The position numbers were made by a program, and so were the translations under genes. This document shows, in pieces, positions 25,690 to 39,687 of a stretch of 64,000 nucleotides of DNA (its first letter is position 1; every line of letters starts with the position of its first letter). The notes beneath the pieces were generated by a model that had not been told where the DNA came from, did no database searches, and worked only from the letters and a program-made list of their open reading frames with translations. This stretch comes from Octopus bimaculoides (taxonomy: Eukaryota): positions 93,492,614 through 93,556,613 of the forward strand of contig NC_068988.1 in NCBI RefSeq assembly GCF_001194135.2. The letters are read 5' to 3'.

Positions 25690-25875
25690 TCTTTTTTTAC
25701 TTGTTTTAGTCATTAGAGAGCGGCCATGCTGGGGCAATGCCTTGAAGAGTTTTTAGCCAAACGAATCAACCCCGGTACTTATTTATTTAAAGCGTGGTAT
25801 TTATTCTATCGCCTCTTTTGCCGAACTGCTTGGTTATTGGGGTATAAACTCATCCATTCCGGTTGTCAAGTAGTG
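25690..25875 (-). mobile_element. SINE family B, minus-strand 3' half (vestigial intron)
   Basis: ttacttgttttagtcattag..gcggccatgctggggca... is the reverse complement of the family B tail. Other minus copies at about 1630-1995, 6950-7130, 27690-27840, 33250-33535, 36800-36975, 42780-42845, 51190-51390, 55006-55140, 56940-57070, 60890-61100. Confidence 0.75.
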
Positions 25876-27024
25876 GTGTTAAACTTCATACTTTACACTC
25901 CTGGAGTTAATACCAGCAATGTACTGGTGTAGAAGGAATCGACAATTGTTATTCCAGAAAGTCAATTATTCTGTTCACAGTTGAGTATCATTCCTTCTAC
26001 TAGAACAGAACCTTCGTCCCTCTCTCCCAATTGAAGGAAACCAGTTTCTTTGTTGAAAGGAATCGGTTACTTTGTGCTGAACAGCAAAGGAAATAATTTG
26101 TTTAGTCCGTTGATAACAATAATCCAGTGAAAATAATTGACTTCATCTCAAAGAATAGAAGACTTTAAAATACAAACCTGATTCCGAAATTAAGTGTGAA
26201 GCTTACTTTCAAAAATAACAGTTTCCCTTGTAAAAGTAATGTTTACTGATTAACTGGGATTAGGAAATAATCCCAACATAAATAAAGAGTATTAGAACAA
26301 GTGATGAGCTTCTAATGTTGTATAGGAGAAGTTTCTCCTTTCAATCCCTCTTGCCAATTTGACCATTAACAAAACCAATCCGTTTCTTCATAAGACTTTC
26401 CAATTCTAGCAACAACGTTTAAGTTAAAACATTTTTAAAAACGTAAAACAAAACGGTTTTTCCAAATTTATTTTATTCCTTCTTCTTGTCTGTGATGTTT
26501 CTGTCCTTTCTTTCTTGTTTCTCTCACCTTCTCCATCCCAATGCTTCGGATTAGTACTGTCAGCAAGTAAGGAACAGCGGTGTTAACGTAACTTATATTT
26601 CAGCTAGCCTTCAGTAACATTAGCTACAGCTAGACAACACTTACGAGACGAAGTGCCAGTACTTGACGACTGCTGGATTAAAAGCCTGTTATTTGAACTG
26701 TCCTGCTCTAATCAACATTACTCATTTGAAAAAGGCGTATCTTTTACACAAAGTGAAGCCTTCATTTCAACTAATTTATTTCATTCATTCCTAGTTTACA
26801 TTCTTTGAAAGTAAGAATGTATGAAGACGGGTTCCATTCGAATAGTTTTACTTTCTTTGGCATTTCTATATGTCTTCATATTTATGATTGGATAAATGAA
26901 TGGATGAATGAGTAATAGAATGGAAGAGTAGCAGATATGCAGCTATATATNNNNNNNNNNNNNNNNNNNNNNNNNNNNNNNNNNNNNNNNNNNNNNNNNN
27001 NNNNNNNNNNNNNNNNNNNNNNNN

Positions 27025-27065
<41 letters not shown>

Positions 27066-28493
27066 TATATATAAAGAGAGAGAGAGAGAGAGAGGGGAGA
27101 GTGGGAAATAGATTTGAATGACGTGGTGGGTATGCATATTTAACGTGTATGTGTGTTCACACACGTACGTTTGTTTGTTTGATTTTCCCTCTTTCTTTCT
27201 CCCTCTTTCTCTCTCTCTATCTCTCTCTCTATCTCTATCTCTCTTTCTCTCTCTCTATCTCTCTCTCTATCTCTATCTCTCTTTCTCTCTCTCTCTGCTT
27301 CTGTGCTCGCGCGCGTTTATGCGCACGCGCGCGGCTGTGTAGTAGGAATAGTCCATAGGGGAAAAATTATTTTGTTAAGTGGCTCTCATACTGCTTTTGC
27401 ATACTAGTAAACACCTCTGCGTCTACATATGTATATTAACAACAACAACAACAACAACAACAACAATAATAATAATAATAATAATAATGATGATGATGAT
27501 GATGATATATTCACATATTAAATTTTGTTTTTATTGTAACTTATAATAAAGACAATTAACATTAAACTGAAATATACTCATTATTTCCGACGAAGATTAA
27601 TAGAGCAATACTTCGAAGTCACTAAGTATAATATATATATGTATATATGTGTTTATATGTATGTATATATGTATCTATATACACATATGTTCCTTCAATT
27701 TCCGTCAATCAAATTCACTCACAAGGCTTTGGCCAGCCCAAGGTGATAGTAGGAGACACTTGCCCAAGGTGCCATTCAATGAGACTGAGCCTAGAATCAC
27801 ATGGTTGAGAAGCAAACTTCTTACTACATCGCCACACCGATGTTTATCTGCTTTTTTTTTAATGGTAAAGTGTTATTCGAGAGAGATTTGGCTGCTATAT
27901 TTCAGGTCAAGTGACAGCATAAAAGCTCTCTTGGATCTTTTCCATTTGAACGGCAGATCGAGAAATGAATTTTTTTGTAATTAAACACTTTCAAACTTCG
28001 GACACTGGTAGAATGTGTCATATAAAACATCTTTTACTCTTAGTGTTGTTGAGAAAAGTTTCTATTTTCAAAGTTATTTCGAGTTAAAGTTGTCGTATTT
28101 CGGAAATACCACTAAGCATATCACCCAGCGTGCTAACGTTTCTTATTTCTTTATTGCCCACAAGGGGTCAAACATAGAGAGACAAACAAGAACAGACGAA
28201 GGGATTAAGTCGATCAGATCGCCCGGCGTGCTAACGTTTCTGCCGTTTCTGCCAGCTTACCGCCTTAAAGACATTATCAATATTGAATAGAAAATAAATG
28301 TAGTAGGTAGTAGAACTTCAATGTTACCGTTACCGCCCACGCAAAATGCAAGGATACATCTGTGTGGGTTGGTGGGCATTGTGTGGTGGCATGGGGTAGG
28401 CATATAAAGGGTATGGTTAGAACGACAACAGAATGCATGTTTAGTAACTGTTTTCTATTAATAAATTCTAACTCATAATCTTTCTCTTTACAG

Positions 28494-28546
28494 TTTCAGG
28501 AATAGAAGTACCAGTTCAACAAACAAAAAAGGAATTTTATTGGTGA
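28494..28546 (+). CDS. vg: Terminal coding exon of the vestigial-like gene
   Basis: Pyrimidine tract tctttctctttacAG at 28493. Joined in phase 1 to the previous exon it reads V-S-G-I-E-V-P-V-Q-Q-T-K-K-E-F-Y-W-TGA, resembling the vestigial C-terminus (..SKDLYWF). Confidence 0.78.
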
Positions 28547-29277
28547 CGGTAGGTTGATGGTGGATCAACTTCCTCCTGATATTCGAAAGCGTTAGAAAAC
28601 CCAGTTTTGGAGCAAAGTGTTATGAGCCGGGACTAGCATGCCATACCGTTCGCCCGATACATGATTGGGCTGGCACTTCGGCGGTGGAGATTTACTACAT
28701 TGTTTCACACTATACCCTCTGATCTACAGATCATATCAAATGACCAAGCAATCATATCAACCGATCGATTATCATCGATCAGACTGATTATGCCGACAGA
28801 AAAATCGAACATCCAATCAGCAACTAAAACATGGTAATTTCCGCTTGGAAGATCCAATAACCGTTACGTTATGAATGTGCGGAAAGAAACCACTGAAATG
28901 TGTAATCCAGGGATTTTTTCATTTGGATATTTGTTCTGTCAGATAAAAAAAGTTGGCTTTAAACCACTACCAGTAGCAATGGAAGCAACTGCTATATCCT
29001 GATGGGTTGCGTGACGTAAATATTCCAGACTATTTGTAACTAAGGCAATTTGTTGTGATGTTGACAACACCACCAATCTCGATATCTTTTGGACTTGACA
29101 TGGAGATATACTGAGATTTGAATCCAAACAAAACATACTCATATATCATACATACACTCTGTGATCTAGAAGCACAGAAAAACCATGACAAAGTAATATA
29201 AAAAAATATATTAAAAATCAGTCAAATGTATATTTAGAACGATTTTAAATTTGCACTTTTGTGAATCCCTTAATAAA
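28547..29277 (+). other. Probable 3' UTR of the vestigial-like gene (minimum extent)
   Basis: Repeat-free unique sequence after the stop. First AATAAA at 29272-29277; later AATAAA at about 30085 and 30124, so the true end is unknown. Confidence 0.4.
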
Positions 29278-32200
29278 ACAATTTATCACAACAATGCTGT
29301 GTGTGACAGAGAGATAGATGTGTGTTGTATTATTCAGAACAGAGACTACATGTGGTAGGTACATCGTTCTGCTGAGAGAGAAATTTATTTGTTATTTCAT
29401 TGTGTTCTTAACAAAAACAGAAGATCAGAAAAAGCGGCAACATAAGAAACAATCAAAGCTTGTCTTCTTTTCTTTCACACGTGTGTGATTTTTAGTCAAG
29501 GCAGATAGATGGCGGGGGTGTTCTGATTCTCGAGATTGATGGATGGATGCAGATAGATGCAAATATATAAAGACATCTCGCTACATATGAATGTCTTTTT
29601 GTTAAGATATGAACGATGCGGAGATGAATTATATATGAGAACATGGAAAGATGAGAGGAGATAAAAGCAGCCCTGAGCTACTCAAGTATCCAAGATAACT
29701 GTATATAGTAACAATATGTACATATTTAAGTGTCTTATGTTCGTAGAGAAAAAAATGGGTTATGTACAGGGCCATGTCTTAGCAAAGACAATGTTCTATA
29801 CTAAGTCGCTGCCATCAAAAAGACAACCACATCTAACACTAGAGCAGTTGGGTTTATCGTGACATTATCAAAGCTGAGAAATAATGTAATTTTCAAACAA
29901 TACGTTACTTACAAAACGACATTTTTAACCCGAATTGGTTTTATCAACTATGTCGAAAAGAGAATATCTCTGCTCTTCACATATCTATTACATTTTAAAC
30001 GAAGGAGCCTCATATGTGGATATTTTACATGCTAGAGATAGAAGTTAAATCTCCATTATATATAGCACCTAATCGACACTTTAAAATAAAAAAGTGTATC
30101 TGTTAAGAAATATTCTGCATCTTAATAAAAAGACAGGATGGTTACGACTGGAACGCCTCTGATCGATCCTGGTGACTCAGGTCTAAACGACATCAAAAAC
30201 ATGTAAGGAATGTCTGTTTAAATCACAGACCCTTCCGCTTTCGATTGCAATATACTGAAAAATACTTGAAACATATGCAGGCAGAACCCCCTGTTTTAAG
30301 TATTGTCTGGTTGGGAAAGACGATCCAAGAGGTTTTTCAAATAAAATCGTAGAAGACTGGAAGTCAGTAGTCTGGCATCCAATCATAAGATCACAGATAC
30401 TCTTTCTGTATAAGACCATCTTTATCATTTATAAAAAGTCACTGGAATCAAATATCAGTTGTGTTAGTTTGATCTCAAAGTATTGAGTACTTATTTTTTA
30501 TAAACTTAACTTACTTTTATCACCCTACCCCTCCCTATACTATTGAAATTAATCTGTGTATATTGAACACTTTGTAATGCTATTGATTTCAGGATATTCT
30601 TAATGGGCATACTGTGAAGTTAATTTTCATTGCGTACGCCATTGCACCGGACACAGCTTGAACTCAGCACTTCAGTGATAAAGAATCACCCATTTGCTTA
30701 ACACAAAACGCTTGCAAAATAGTAATAAACTACACCAACACATGTGACTTATATAGAGCTAGGTGGACTTAGCCATAAAGTATTAAATGGCTCGGAGAGA
30801 GTAGAGTGTCGGTTACATGATACAAGCTATTGGATCTCTGTTTGGCTGTCAGCTTCTCTTTGTCAAGCTTCATTTGTAAAAAACAAGTTTTCGATATAAA
30901 CATAAAAACCAAAACCCAAAAAAAAAACAGTAAAAAATAATAATCGTTTATGGAAATGGGTATTTTGTGCACAAGAGATATATTTACAGAATTTAGCGCT
31001 AAATGTTTTGATGTAACGTTAAGCTCCAATATTTTGATTTCTTTAGATCAACAGCAATAGCAACTGCGTCTATGATAATGCGTAAAAGTTTACAATCGGC
31101 TATCAGGGATGCTGAGAGCAAAATATATCAGGCAAACTAGAAAACAATGTGGTTGATATTTCAAAACTTTATTTCTGCAATTCTACAACCATTTCGGTAA
31201 CAATCATGAATGTCTGCAACCATGCAAGTATTTGCTATGACCATTATAGTTATGTAACAATTATTCATACAGATAGTGTAAAAATTATATAACATAATTA
31301 TCAATGGTAATGATATTAAAATTATATAATATTATTAATAATGAATTATTGATGTTATAACTAAATAAAAATATCAACGGTAGTTGTAATTAGGTGAGAT
31401 TGATTTCGTCAGTAATATTTAGAAAAAAAATAGATTTATGTGAAGCGTGTTAACAATTTATATCTCAAATCATATACCATGCATGGATATCAAAGAATTT
31501 ATTAACTGCTTTGAGAAAGAAAGAGAAATAATCCTTTCTCTTGCAAAAATGGATTTTCGTCTTTCAAGCTAACAAGGTCAATAAAATATCACAAACGAAA
31601 TTAAAAATTAAATATTACCATTATATTTATAGTTAATATCCCATTAGTCGCGATTTTCAGTGAGTCGTTACCGTTTCCATAGATATCTGAAATTAACTTC
31701 AGTCAACGGGTACATTATTTAATTCTTCATTTTTTTTACATATTTCAAAGCTTTTGTATTCAAATAAATGGCGGTGTCTCAGTAGAGCCACAACCCCTGA
31801 ATAAAACAAGGAAACGTTGAAGTAAAACGAGTTGGAATTATCATGAATACCAACATTATCATTATCGGAAATGCAGTCAGCATTCTTTCGAAACACACAC
31901 ACNNNNNNNNNNNNNNNNNNNNNNNNNNNNNNNNNNNNNNNNNNNNNNNNNNNNNNNNNNNNNNNNNNNNNNNNNNNNNNNNNNNNNNNNNNNNNNNNNN
32001 NNNNNNNNNNNNNNNNNNNNNNNNNNNNNNNNNNNNNNNNNNNNNNNNNNNNNNNNNNNNNNNNNNNNNNNNNNNNNNNNNNNNNNNNNNNNNNNNNNNN
32101 NGACAATACATGTATAAAGGCGCTACTAATAGTTTCATATGTTGAGAAATCTTAAACATATTCTTCAGGCGCAAACCACATGTAATAATATTTATTACCA

Positions 32201-32893
32201 CACCAGATGGAGTACTTTTTTTGTTGAATTTTCTGTCACGGATCAGTACATCATATATATATATATATATATATTGAAGAATAATGAGTTCATAATGAAA
32301 ACTTGTCGAGACTTTCTGAACATTTATATTCGGCATATATATATATATCATATGCGAGTATGTATGTGTGTGTGTCTGTGTGTCTGTATATATAATGCAC
32401 ACACATATACATGTAATGTACGTATGAGCATGTAATAGGTGTCCATATGTGTGTATGTGAGTAGATAGGTAGGTAGGTAGGTAGGTAGGCACATGAAATT
32501 CTTCTCGAATCGCCTTAACTTCTTATCTTTCCGGGTCGATAAAACGAGTTTCAACCAATTAAGAGCTGGTGGAAATTTAAGCGACTTCAACCTCTTCATA
32601 AAATATGTGGCTTTGAGCCAATGCTGAAACTCATATATGTACACACAATGCACACACACACAAGCATACACCGTATCGTCTGTTGATACTTTGCATGTAC
32701 CACGTCCTTGTTTTCTTCCTGTGTTTTTTCTTCATTTTTGGGGGGATTAATTATATATATATATATATATACTCACACACCTCAGTACACATTCAGACTC
32801 ACACAGACACAGGCACACACATGTACACGCACCTCAAGATTGATTTCTTTTTTTAAAAAATGTTAAGCATACATCTGCAAAACTAATTGCCAC

Positions 32894-32928
<35 letters not shown>

Positions 32929-34362
32929 CGACTAAATACAGAAATACAGTTACACCTATACAATCGCATTCACATTGTCTTATGTACATAGAGGTACATA
33001 TATTCTTTAGAGGTTGATGTTGTCGTTGATGAACCCCAGATCGGCTCAAAGTGAAAAGAACCTCAATGGGAGACATTTCTGATGTGAGCAAAGCGGCGAA
33101 TCGGAGGAGGTACTAGAGCGTCGGAAAGTATAGTGCAACACTTTGAGTTCAAATCCGACCCGGGTTGGCACTGCGTTTTATATATCGCATAAATAACGAA
33201 CCAGTCAACTACTAGAGACAGGATTGTCATTCCTTGTCTTTTCTTTTTTCCTTTATTTGTTTCAGTTATTTGACTGTGGCCATGCTGGAGCACCGCCTTT
33301 AGTCGAACAAATCGACCCCAGGACTTATTCTTTGTAAGCCTAGTACTTATTCTATCGGTTTCTTTTGCCGAACAGCTAAGTCACGAGGACGTAAACACAC
33401 CAGCATCGGTTGACAAGCGATGGTGACACACACACACATACGACTGGCTTCTTCCAATTTCCGTCTGCCAAATGCACTCACAGGGTGCCACACAGTGGGA
33501 CTGAACCCAGAACCATGTGGTTGGTAAGCGCCTATATGGTAATAAAAATAAAATGTTGAAATTGCCGTTTCTTCCATCTCTTCATTGAATGGTCTCTAGT
33601 TTCTTGGAGAGAAGTTTTAGCAACTTGAAAAGGATAAAATTTAAAAACAATCTTGTCCAAAGGTTGTCTTTTTTTTTTCTTTTATTCTTCTGTATTGAAC
33701 AGGGCTGCACTGGGATTGAACACGAAACGACATCATTGTAAACAGAGCTTCACCAATTAAAGATAGACAGAATCACTGATAAGGTCACGGCTGAAACGCC
33801 TTTAGCAACAGACCAGCCGGAGCAACAAGACTGATGTGGAACTAACCAACACTAGCACCACTGCCACCACCACCATCAACACCACCACCACCATCACCAC
33901 CACCGACAACAACAACAACACTATCTACTCTACCAACATCAATACTAACAATATCACCACCACCACCACCACCAAGAGAACCACCACCAAGAGCACCACC
34001 ACCAAGACCGTCACCACCACCACCACCACCACNNNNNNNNNNNNNNNNNNNNNNNNNNNNNNNNNNNNNNNNNNNNNNNNNNNNNNNNNNNNNNNNNNNN
34101 NNNNNNNNNNNNNNNNNNNNNNNNNNNNNNNNNNNNNNNNNNNNNNNNNNNNNNNNNNNNNNNNNNNNNNNNNNNNNNNNNNNNNNNNNNNNNNNNNNNN
34201 NNNNNNNNNNNNNNNNNNNNNNNNNNNNNNNNNNNNNNNNNNNNNNNNNNNNNNNNNNNNNNNNNNNNNNNNNNNNNNNNNNNNNNNNNNNNNNNNNNNN
34301 NNNNNNNNNNNNNNNNNNNNNNNNNNNNNNNNNNNNNNNNNNNNNNNNNNNNNNNNNNNNNN

Positions 34363-34402
<40 letters not shown>

Positions 34403-35068
34403 CAGAGCTAATCGACCTAACACTGGTGCCACTGTCCTGTCAAACCAACCCACATCTCCATCAACAGACGTCGCTGCTGCTGCAATCTCTGCTCTTGTAA
34501 TTTGATGCCTTCAAAGTGTTGCAAAAAAATATGTTTTACATACATGCATACATATATGAATATGTGTGTGCATGTATGTATATGTATTTATGTATGTATG
34601 TATATAAGCATATATATGAGTGTATAAATATACATACATACATATATATATANNNNNNNNNNNNNNNNNNNNNNNNNNNNNNNNNNNNNNNNNNNNNNNN
34701 NNNNNNNNNNNNNNNNNNNNNNNNNNNNNNNNNNNNNNNNNNNNNNNNNNNNNNNNNNNNNNNNNNNNNNNNNNNNNNNNNNNNNNNNNNNNNNNNNNNN
34801 NNNNNNNNNNNNNNNNNNNNNNNNNNNNNNNNNNNNNNNNNNNNNNNNNNNNNNNNNNNNNNNNNNNNNNNNNNNNNNNNNNNNNNNNNNNNNNNNNNNN
34901 NNNNNNNNNNNNNNNNNNNNNNNNNNNNNNNNNNNNNNNNNNNNNNNNNNNNNNNNNNNNNNNNNNNNNNNNNNNNNNNNNNNNNNNNNNNAGTGGTAGT
35001 AGTGGTGCTGGTGGCAGTGGTAGTGGTGGTTACAGTGATAGTTATGATCTGTTTGTGTGTGTGTGTGT

Positions 35069-35104
<36 letters not shown>

Positions 35105-35639
35105 GTATTGATAAGAAGGAGAGGCGAAGGGGAGTGAAAGAAAGAGTATGAGTGTCAAGGAGAGTGAGAGAGAGAGAGAGAGCGTTAGAAGAAAGACGGA
35201 GGGTGAAGGGAGAGGAAGAGAGAGGCAAGTTCACAGAGACAGAGACAGACAATGAGAGATACACGGGCACACGCACGCAGTGGGGGAGAGAAAGAAAGAG
35301 ATACACCGATGCATCATACAGATGCACACGCACACATATAACCGATAGACATGCACATATACACACACAGAGATAAATACACACACAAGCACACGTGCGT
35401 GCACACACACATTCATGTACCCCGAGAATGAAAACGAGGTAAGAGACATGCGCTAAGAGGAACAAACGTGGCTGTGTTTCGAAGTTCGCTTCACAACCAT
35501 AAACGTTCATTCGGAAGAAGAATCCATAATTGTTAAACTTGTTTTAAATTTTTAAAAATCGGTAAATATTTGATTTCTGTTCGTTGGTTATAAATAAATC
35601 GTATTTGATTGCATCCCCTTTTTTTTGTGGCAGCACCGG

Positions 35640-36030
35640 AGACCAAGAGAAATTAACCATAGAGTTTCAAGGGGTCACGCTAGCCCATGCCGACAAGTTC
35701 AAATATCTGGGCTTCATTGTTGACCAAATAAAGTCCAGCAACAAGGAAATGAGTGCAATACATGGAGCAGAAAAACCATCCCTGATTCCATTCAATATAA
35801 ATGGTGAGACTGCATCTATAGCAAAAGCAGCAAGCTGAAACTTCTAAAAATTTGGTCAGTAGGGTTCTATGGGTGTGAAGCATAGACCCTAAGGATGAAT
35901 AACACCAGGTAATTGAGGGCGTTCGATATGATGTACAGCAGGCAAGAACTACTGATCAGCTGGGCGGCTCATACAACACCCATGTAACCCTCCTGACCAG
36001 ATTATCAGAAGTTCCAGCTTGATGCTTTTA
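35640..36030 (+). mobile_element. RTE-like LINE RT-thumb fragment
   Basis: EKLTIEFQGVTLAHADKFKYLGFIVDQIKSSNKEM contains the LINE FKYLG motif; degenerates downstream. Confidence 0.6.
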
Positions 36031-39000
36031 CTTAAGGTGTTGTCTCTTCATTTGTTTTGAGTGGAATCAAGGCTAATCTTCCTGCTTCAAGTGTTGAACT
36101 TCATATTCGAGTTCAAATCTGGTCGATACTAACTTAAACTTTTCACCCTCCTTGGTTCCCATAAAATGCGCACCAGTCATGTAATGGAGCCATTTCAATT
36201 GACTTAATCGCTCCCACCGTTTCGCCAGTCGAAAATATGTGCAACGGACAGAAAAGAACTCTTTTATTGGCGCTGGATTAAAGAACCAGTAGAGCACCCA
36301 ACACATACGCGACTTAATTGTCGTTGTTGTAGTTATTGCTGTGGTTGCCATTGTTATTGTTATCACTGCTGTTGTTGCTGCTGCCTGAACGGAAGTTCGA
36401 TGTTTCTATTTAAGATGAAGCAGTAGAACGGTTTCAACTAGAATTGACTCTTGAAATTCGAAACTTCTGAACTTGTTTATGAAGACTATCTTTGGCAAGT
36501 TTGGTAGAACAATTTGCATTGCTTACAGAATATAATTTCACGTCAAAAATGCTGCTCTATTGATACCTGCGATATTTAATTACAACGCTTTAGGCTCTAA
36601 TTTTAAATTTCAACAAAGGTAACGTCACCATTCCTCCATTCTAGATCCTGCAATCAACTGTACCTTCCTCGAAAGTTTCGGTATTTGTGTAAAAATTATA
36701 AACTAGTTTATCTTTTTTGTTTCCAGATCATTATTTCAGTCTTTCTTGATTTTTCTGGGTTTTTTTTTGTTTTTTGCAAAAAAATTTGTAGCAATAAGAA
36801 ATATCTTTTATCTTTTACTTGTTTCGCTCATTGGACAGCAGCCATGCAGGGTCACTACCGTGAAGGATTTAGTCAAACAAATCGGCCCAGTACTGATAAT
36901 TATTCGATCAGTCAGTGCCGCTGAAACGCTAAGTTACGAGGACGTAAACAAACTAGTACTGGTTGTCAAGTGATAGCATGGGTTCAAGCACAAACACAAA
37001 GACACACACACACGCGCGCATATATATCTATATATCTACACACACACACACTGGGCCATTGTACCTTCACTTTTTATGGCGTAACCAGCAATGGAAAGGC
37101 AATGTCCATAATTATTTATCAAAACCACCGAAACTTTTGGAAGGAAATTATGCTGAAACCGAAGGCCTGGTTCGAATTCTTTCGACCGAAGGAACTCTGC
37201 TAAAAATGTTCAACGACTGGAGAATTTGTATTAAACCAGCGGAAACAAAGGCACTGAAATTCATTGACTGTAACACATTCTTACAATCACGATAAGCCGG
37301 ATTATCTTCTGTGGTTTTATTAGAAGAAACACATCTGTTTTATAAAGATAAAATTTTGTTTTAAAACTCGCAGGAAAAGTTATTGAAGCCATATACGCAC
37401 CTGTTATTTTTATATTTGGACTCAGATGCAGGTATTGTTATGTAGTTAAGAGGCTCGCTTTGCAATACCGCGGTTTCAGGTTCAGTCCCATTGCACGGCA
37501 ATTTGAGCAAGTGTCTTTTACAATAACCCAAGGCAGTTCAAGTATGAGACGTGCCAAAACGTCCCAATCTCTACCACGTTCATTCTGCTCTGGTTCATAG
37601 AGTAAAGAATCTTATTACTTCGGGTGCTTGAAGATAAATGCCGTGTATCGTTAGTTGGCATCCCTAAGGACCTAATCTATATTCCAGGGACCTGCTTTTC
37701 TGCCAGTTTTTTTCCTTTAATATGAACGATTCGCAAATTTTATTAAAAATTATACATTTTGTCTTTTAATATGTTCAATTAAAAAACTGAGATAAGATAG
37801 TTTGTTAAAACAGTTAAAGTAAAATACTTTAAAGCAATATTTTATATGTGATTAATTAGTCGCGTGTTGTTGCTGTTGTTGTTGTTTGTGTAGCCCCAGG
37901 ATAGCTTTGATCGAGCAGATCTATGGCACCCAGGAAATCTCCACCGAACGACTAAGCGCGACAAGTTGTGAGCTGTTTATTACATTGCCACGATGGCTGC
38001 AACATAGGGATAATGACTTTGAATTAGTTTAGAAGTTAGGGGAAAAGGCAGAAAGATTGAGTTAGCATTTCCCTGAGCCCCACTGCAATTTCGAGCATAT
38101 TCAATAATTTAACTCGGAACCTTGGTGCCACTAAATTAAGGTAATACGAGACAGCTAACGCAGTCAGTAAAGCTACTCGACTAGACTCTGTTTCTAATCT
38201 CTTCGTTGAAGAAGCCTGCTGTTTGAGTTTAGCGTGTGAAAGAAAGCGAAAACTATTAACCATTAGAATCAAAACCTTATACCACGGACATTTTCCATTT
38301 TGTAAGAATGGCTCACATATACATAAGGAAAATATGTGCAATTCATATCAATTGCAGGGTTTATAATCATATGCGAAACCACAATGCTATCCACGCCAAT
38401 ATCAATAATTCTTAAGGCGGCGAGCTAGCAAAATCTTTAGCACGCCGGACGAAATACTTAGCGGCATTTCGTCCGTCTTTACGTTCAGAGTTTAAATTCC
38501 GCCGAGGTCGACTTTACCTTTCATCCTTTCGCACTGGGGGTTGATGTAAACGACTTTACTCCACTCCCCAAAATATTTCAGGCCTAGTTCTTTCTAATTT
38601 TGGCACAACGCCAGCAATTCTGAAAAGGATGGGCAAGTCGATTACATCGACTCCTGTGCTCCATTAATACTTTATTTTATCGACGCTGGAAGGATAAAAG
38701 ACAAAGTCGAATTCGGCGGGATTTGAACTCAGAACGTAGCGACAGGTGAAATACCGCTAAGCATTTCGCCCGGTGTGCTAACGATTCTGCCAGCTCGCCG
38801 CCATAGTGTTTACTTTTATCAATATGATGACAAATAGAATCGAATCCGACAGACTGAGAATTCCGAATATAAGGAAATAAAATCAAATAGTTGATCGGTA
38901 CCTCTTTGAATACTTTGTATGCCTCAACGAAATAACAACCAAGGAAATGGAATGAAATATTTTATCGGATTTTCCACAGATTATTTGTCATCCACCGACG

Positions 39001-39644
39001 CCTCTTTCTTAAAAACATCATTTTTCTCTTACTGAGAAGGTACTAAGAATGCCGTTGATCTCATTATCTTATTGAAAATTAGTGAAGGTAAATGGTTAGG
39101 GGTTTCATCTCACGATCGTGGGGTTGTCAGTTCTATTCTCGGCGGGGCATTCTAGCCTTGAGCAAGACACTCTATTTCACGTTGCTCCAGTCCATTCATC
39201 TCGCAGAAATAAATTGTACCCGTAATTGAAAGGGCCAGCCTTATCACACTCTCTGTCACGCTGTATCTCCCCGAAAACTACGTTAAGAGTACGCGTGTCT
39301 GTGGAGTGTCTCCGTCACGTGCACGATAATCTCACGAGCAGGCTGTTCGGGTGAGAGGGTCAACTGGACGCTCATCGTCATAACTGACGGAGATCCAGAC
39401 CAGTTGTTACAACACTGGTATACGCAGAAGCATACATATAAAAGGAGTGGTGTGGTTTTAGTGTTAGCAGTGGTATGGATGCCGTTACTCTTGTGCAGAG
39501 AGTTAGAAGGAAAGAATGTGGAGTATACAATAAAACAAAAGGTATTAGAGAGGTGATGTGATAAAATAACAGAGGTATTATACGGTGTGAGAGAATGGGA
39601 ATGAACGAGAGACAAAGAGAGATATATAGATAGATGAATAGAAA

Positions 39645-39687
<43 letters not shown>

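Noticed and set aside
28544-28552. UGA-CGG readthrough context at the vestigial stop
   Set aside because: The next-but-one codon is TAG, so readthrough would add only two residues.
33836-34411. Thr-rich mucin-like ORF, and a possible exon after the acceptor near 33702
   Set aside because: (CAC/AAC)n simple repeat running into an N gap; all three frames downstream of the acceptor hit stops within about 60 nt.
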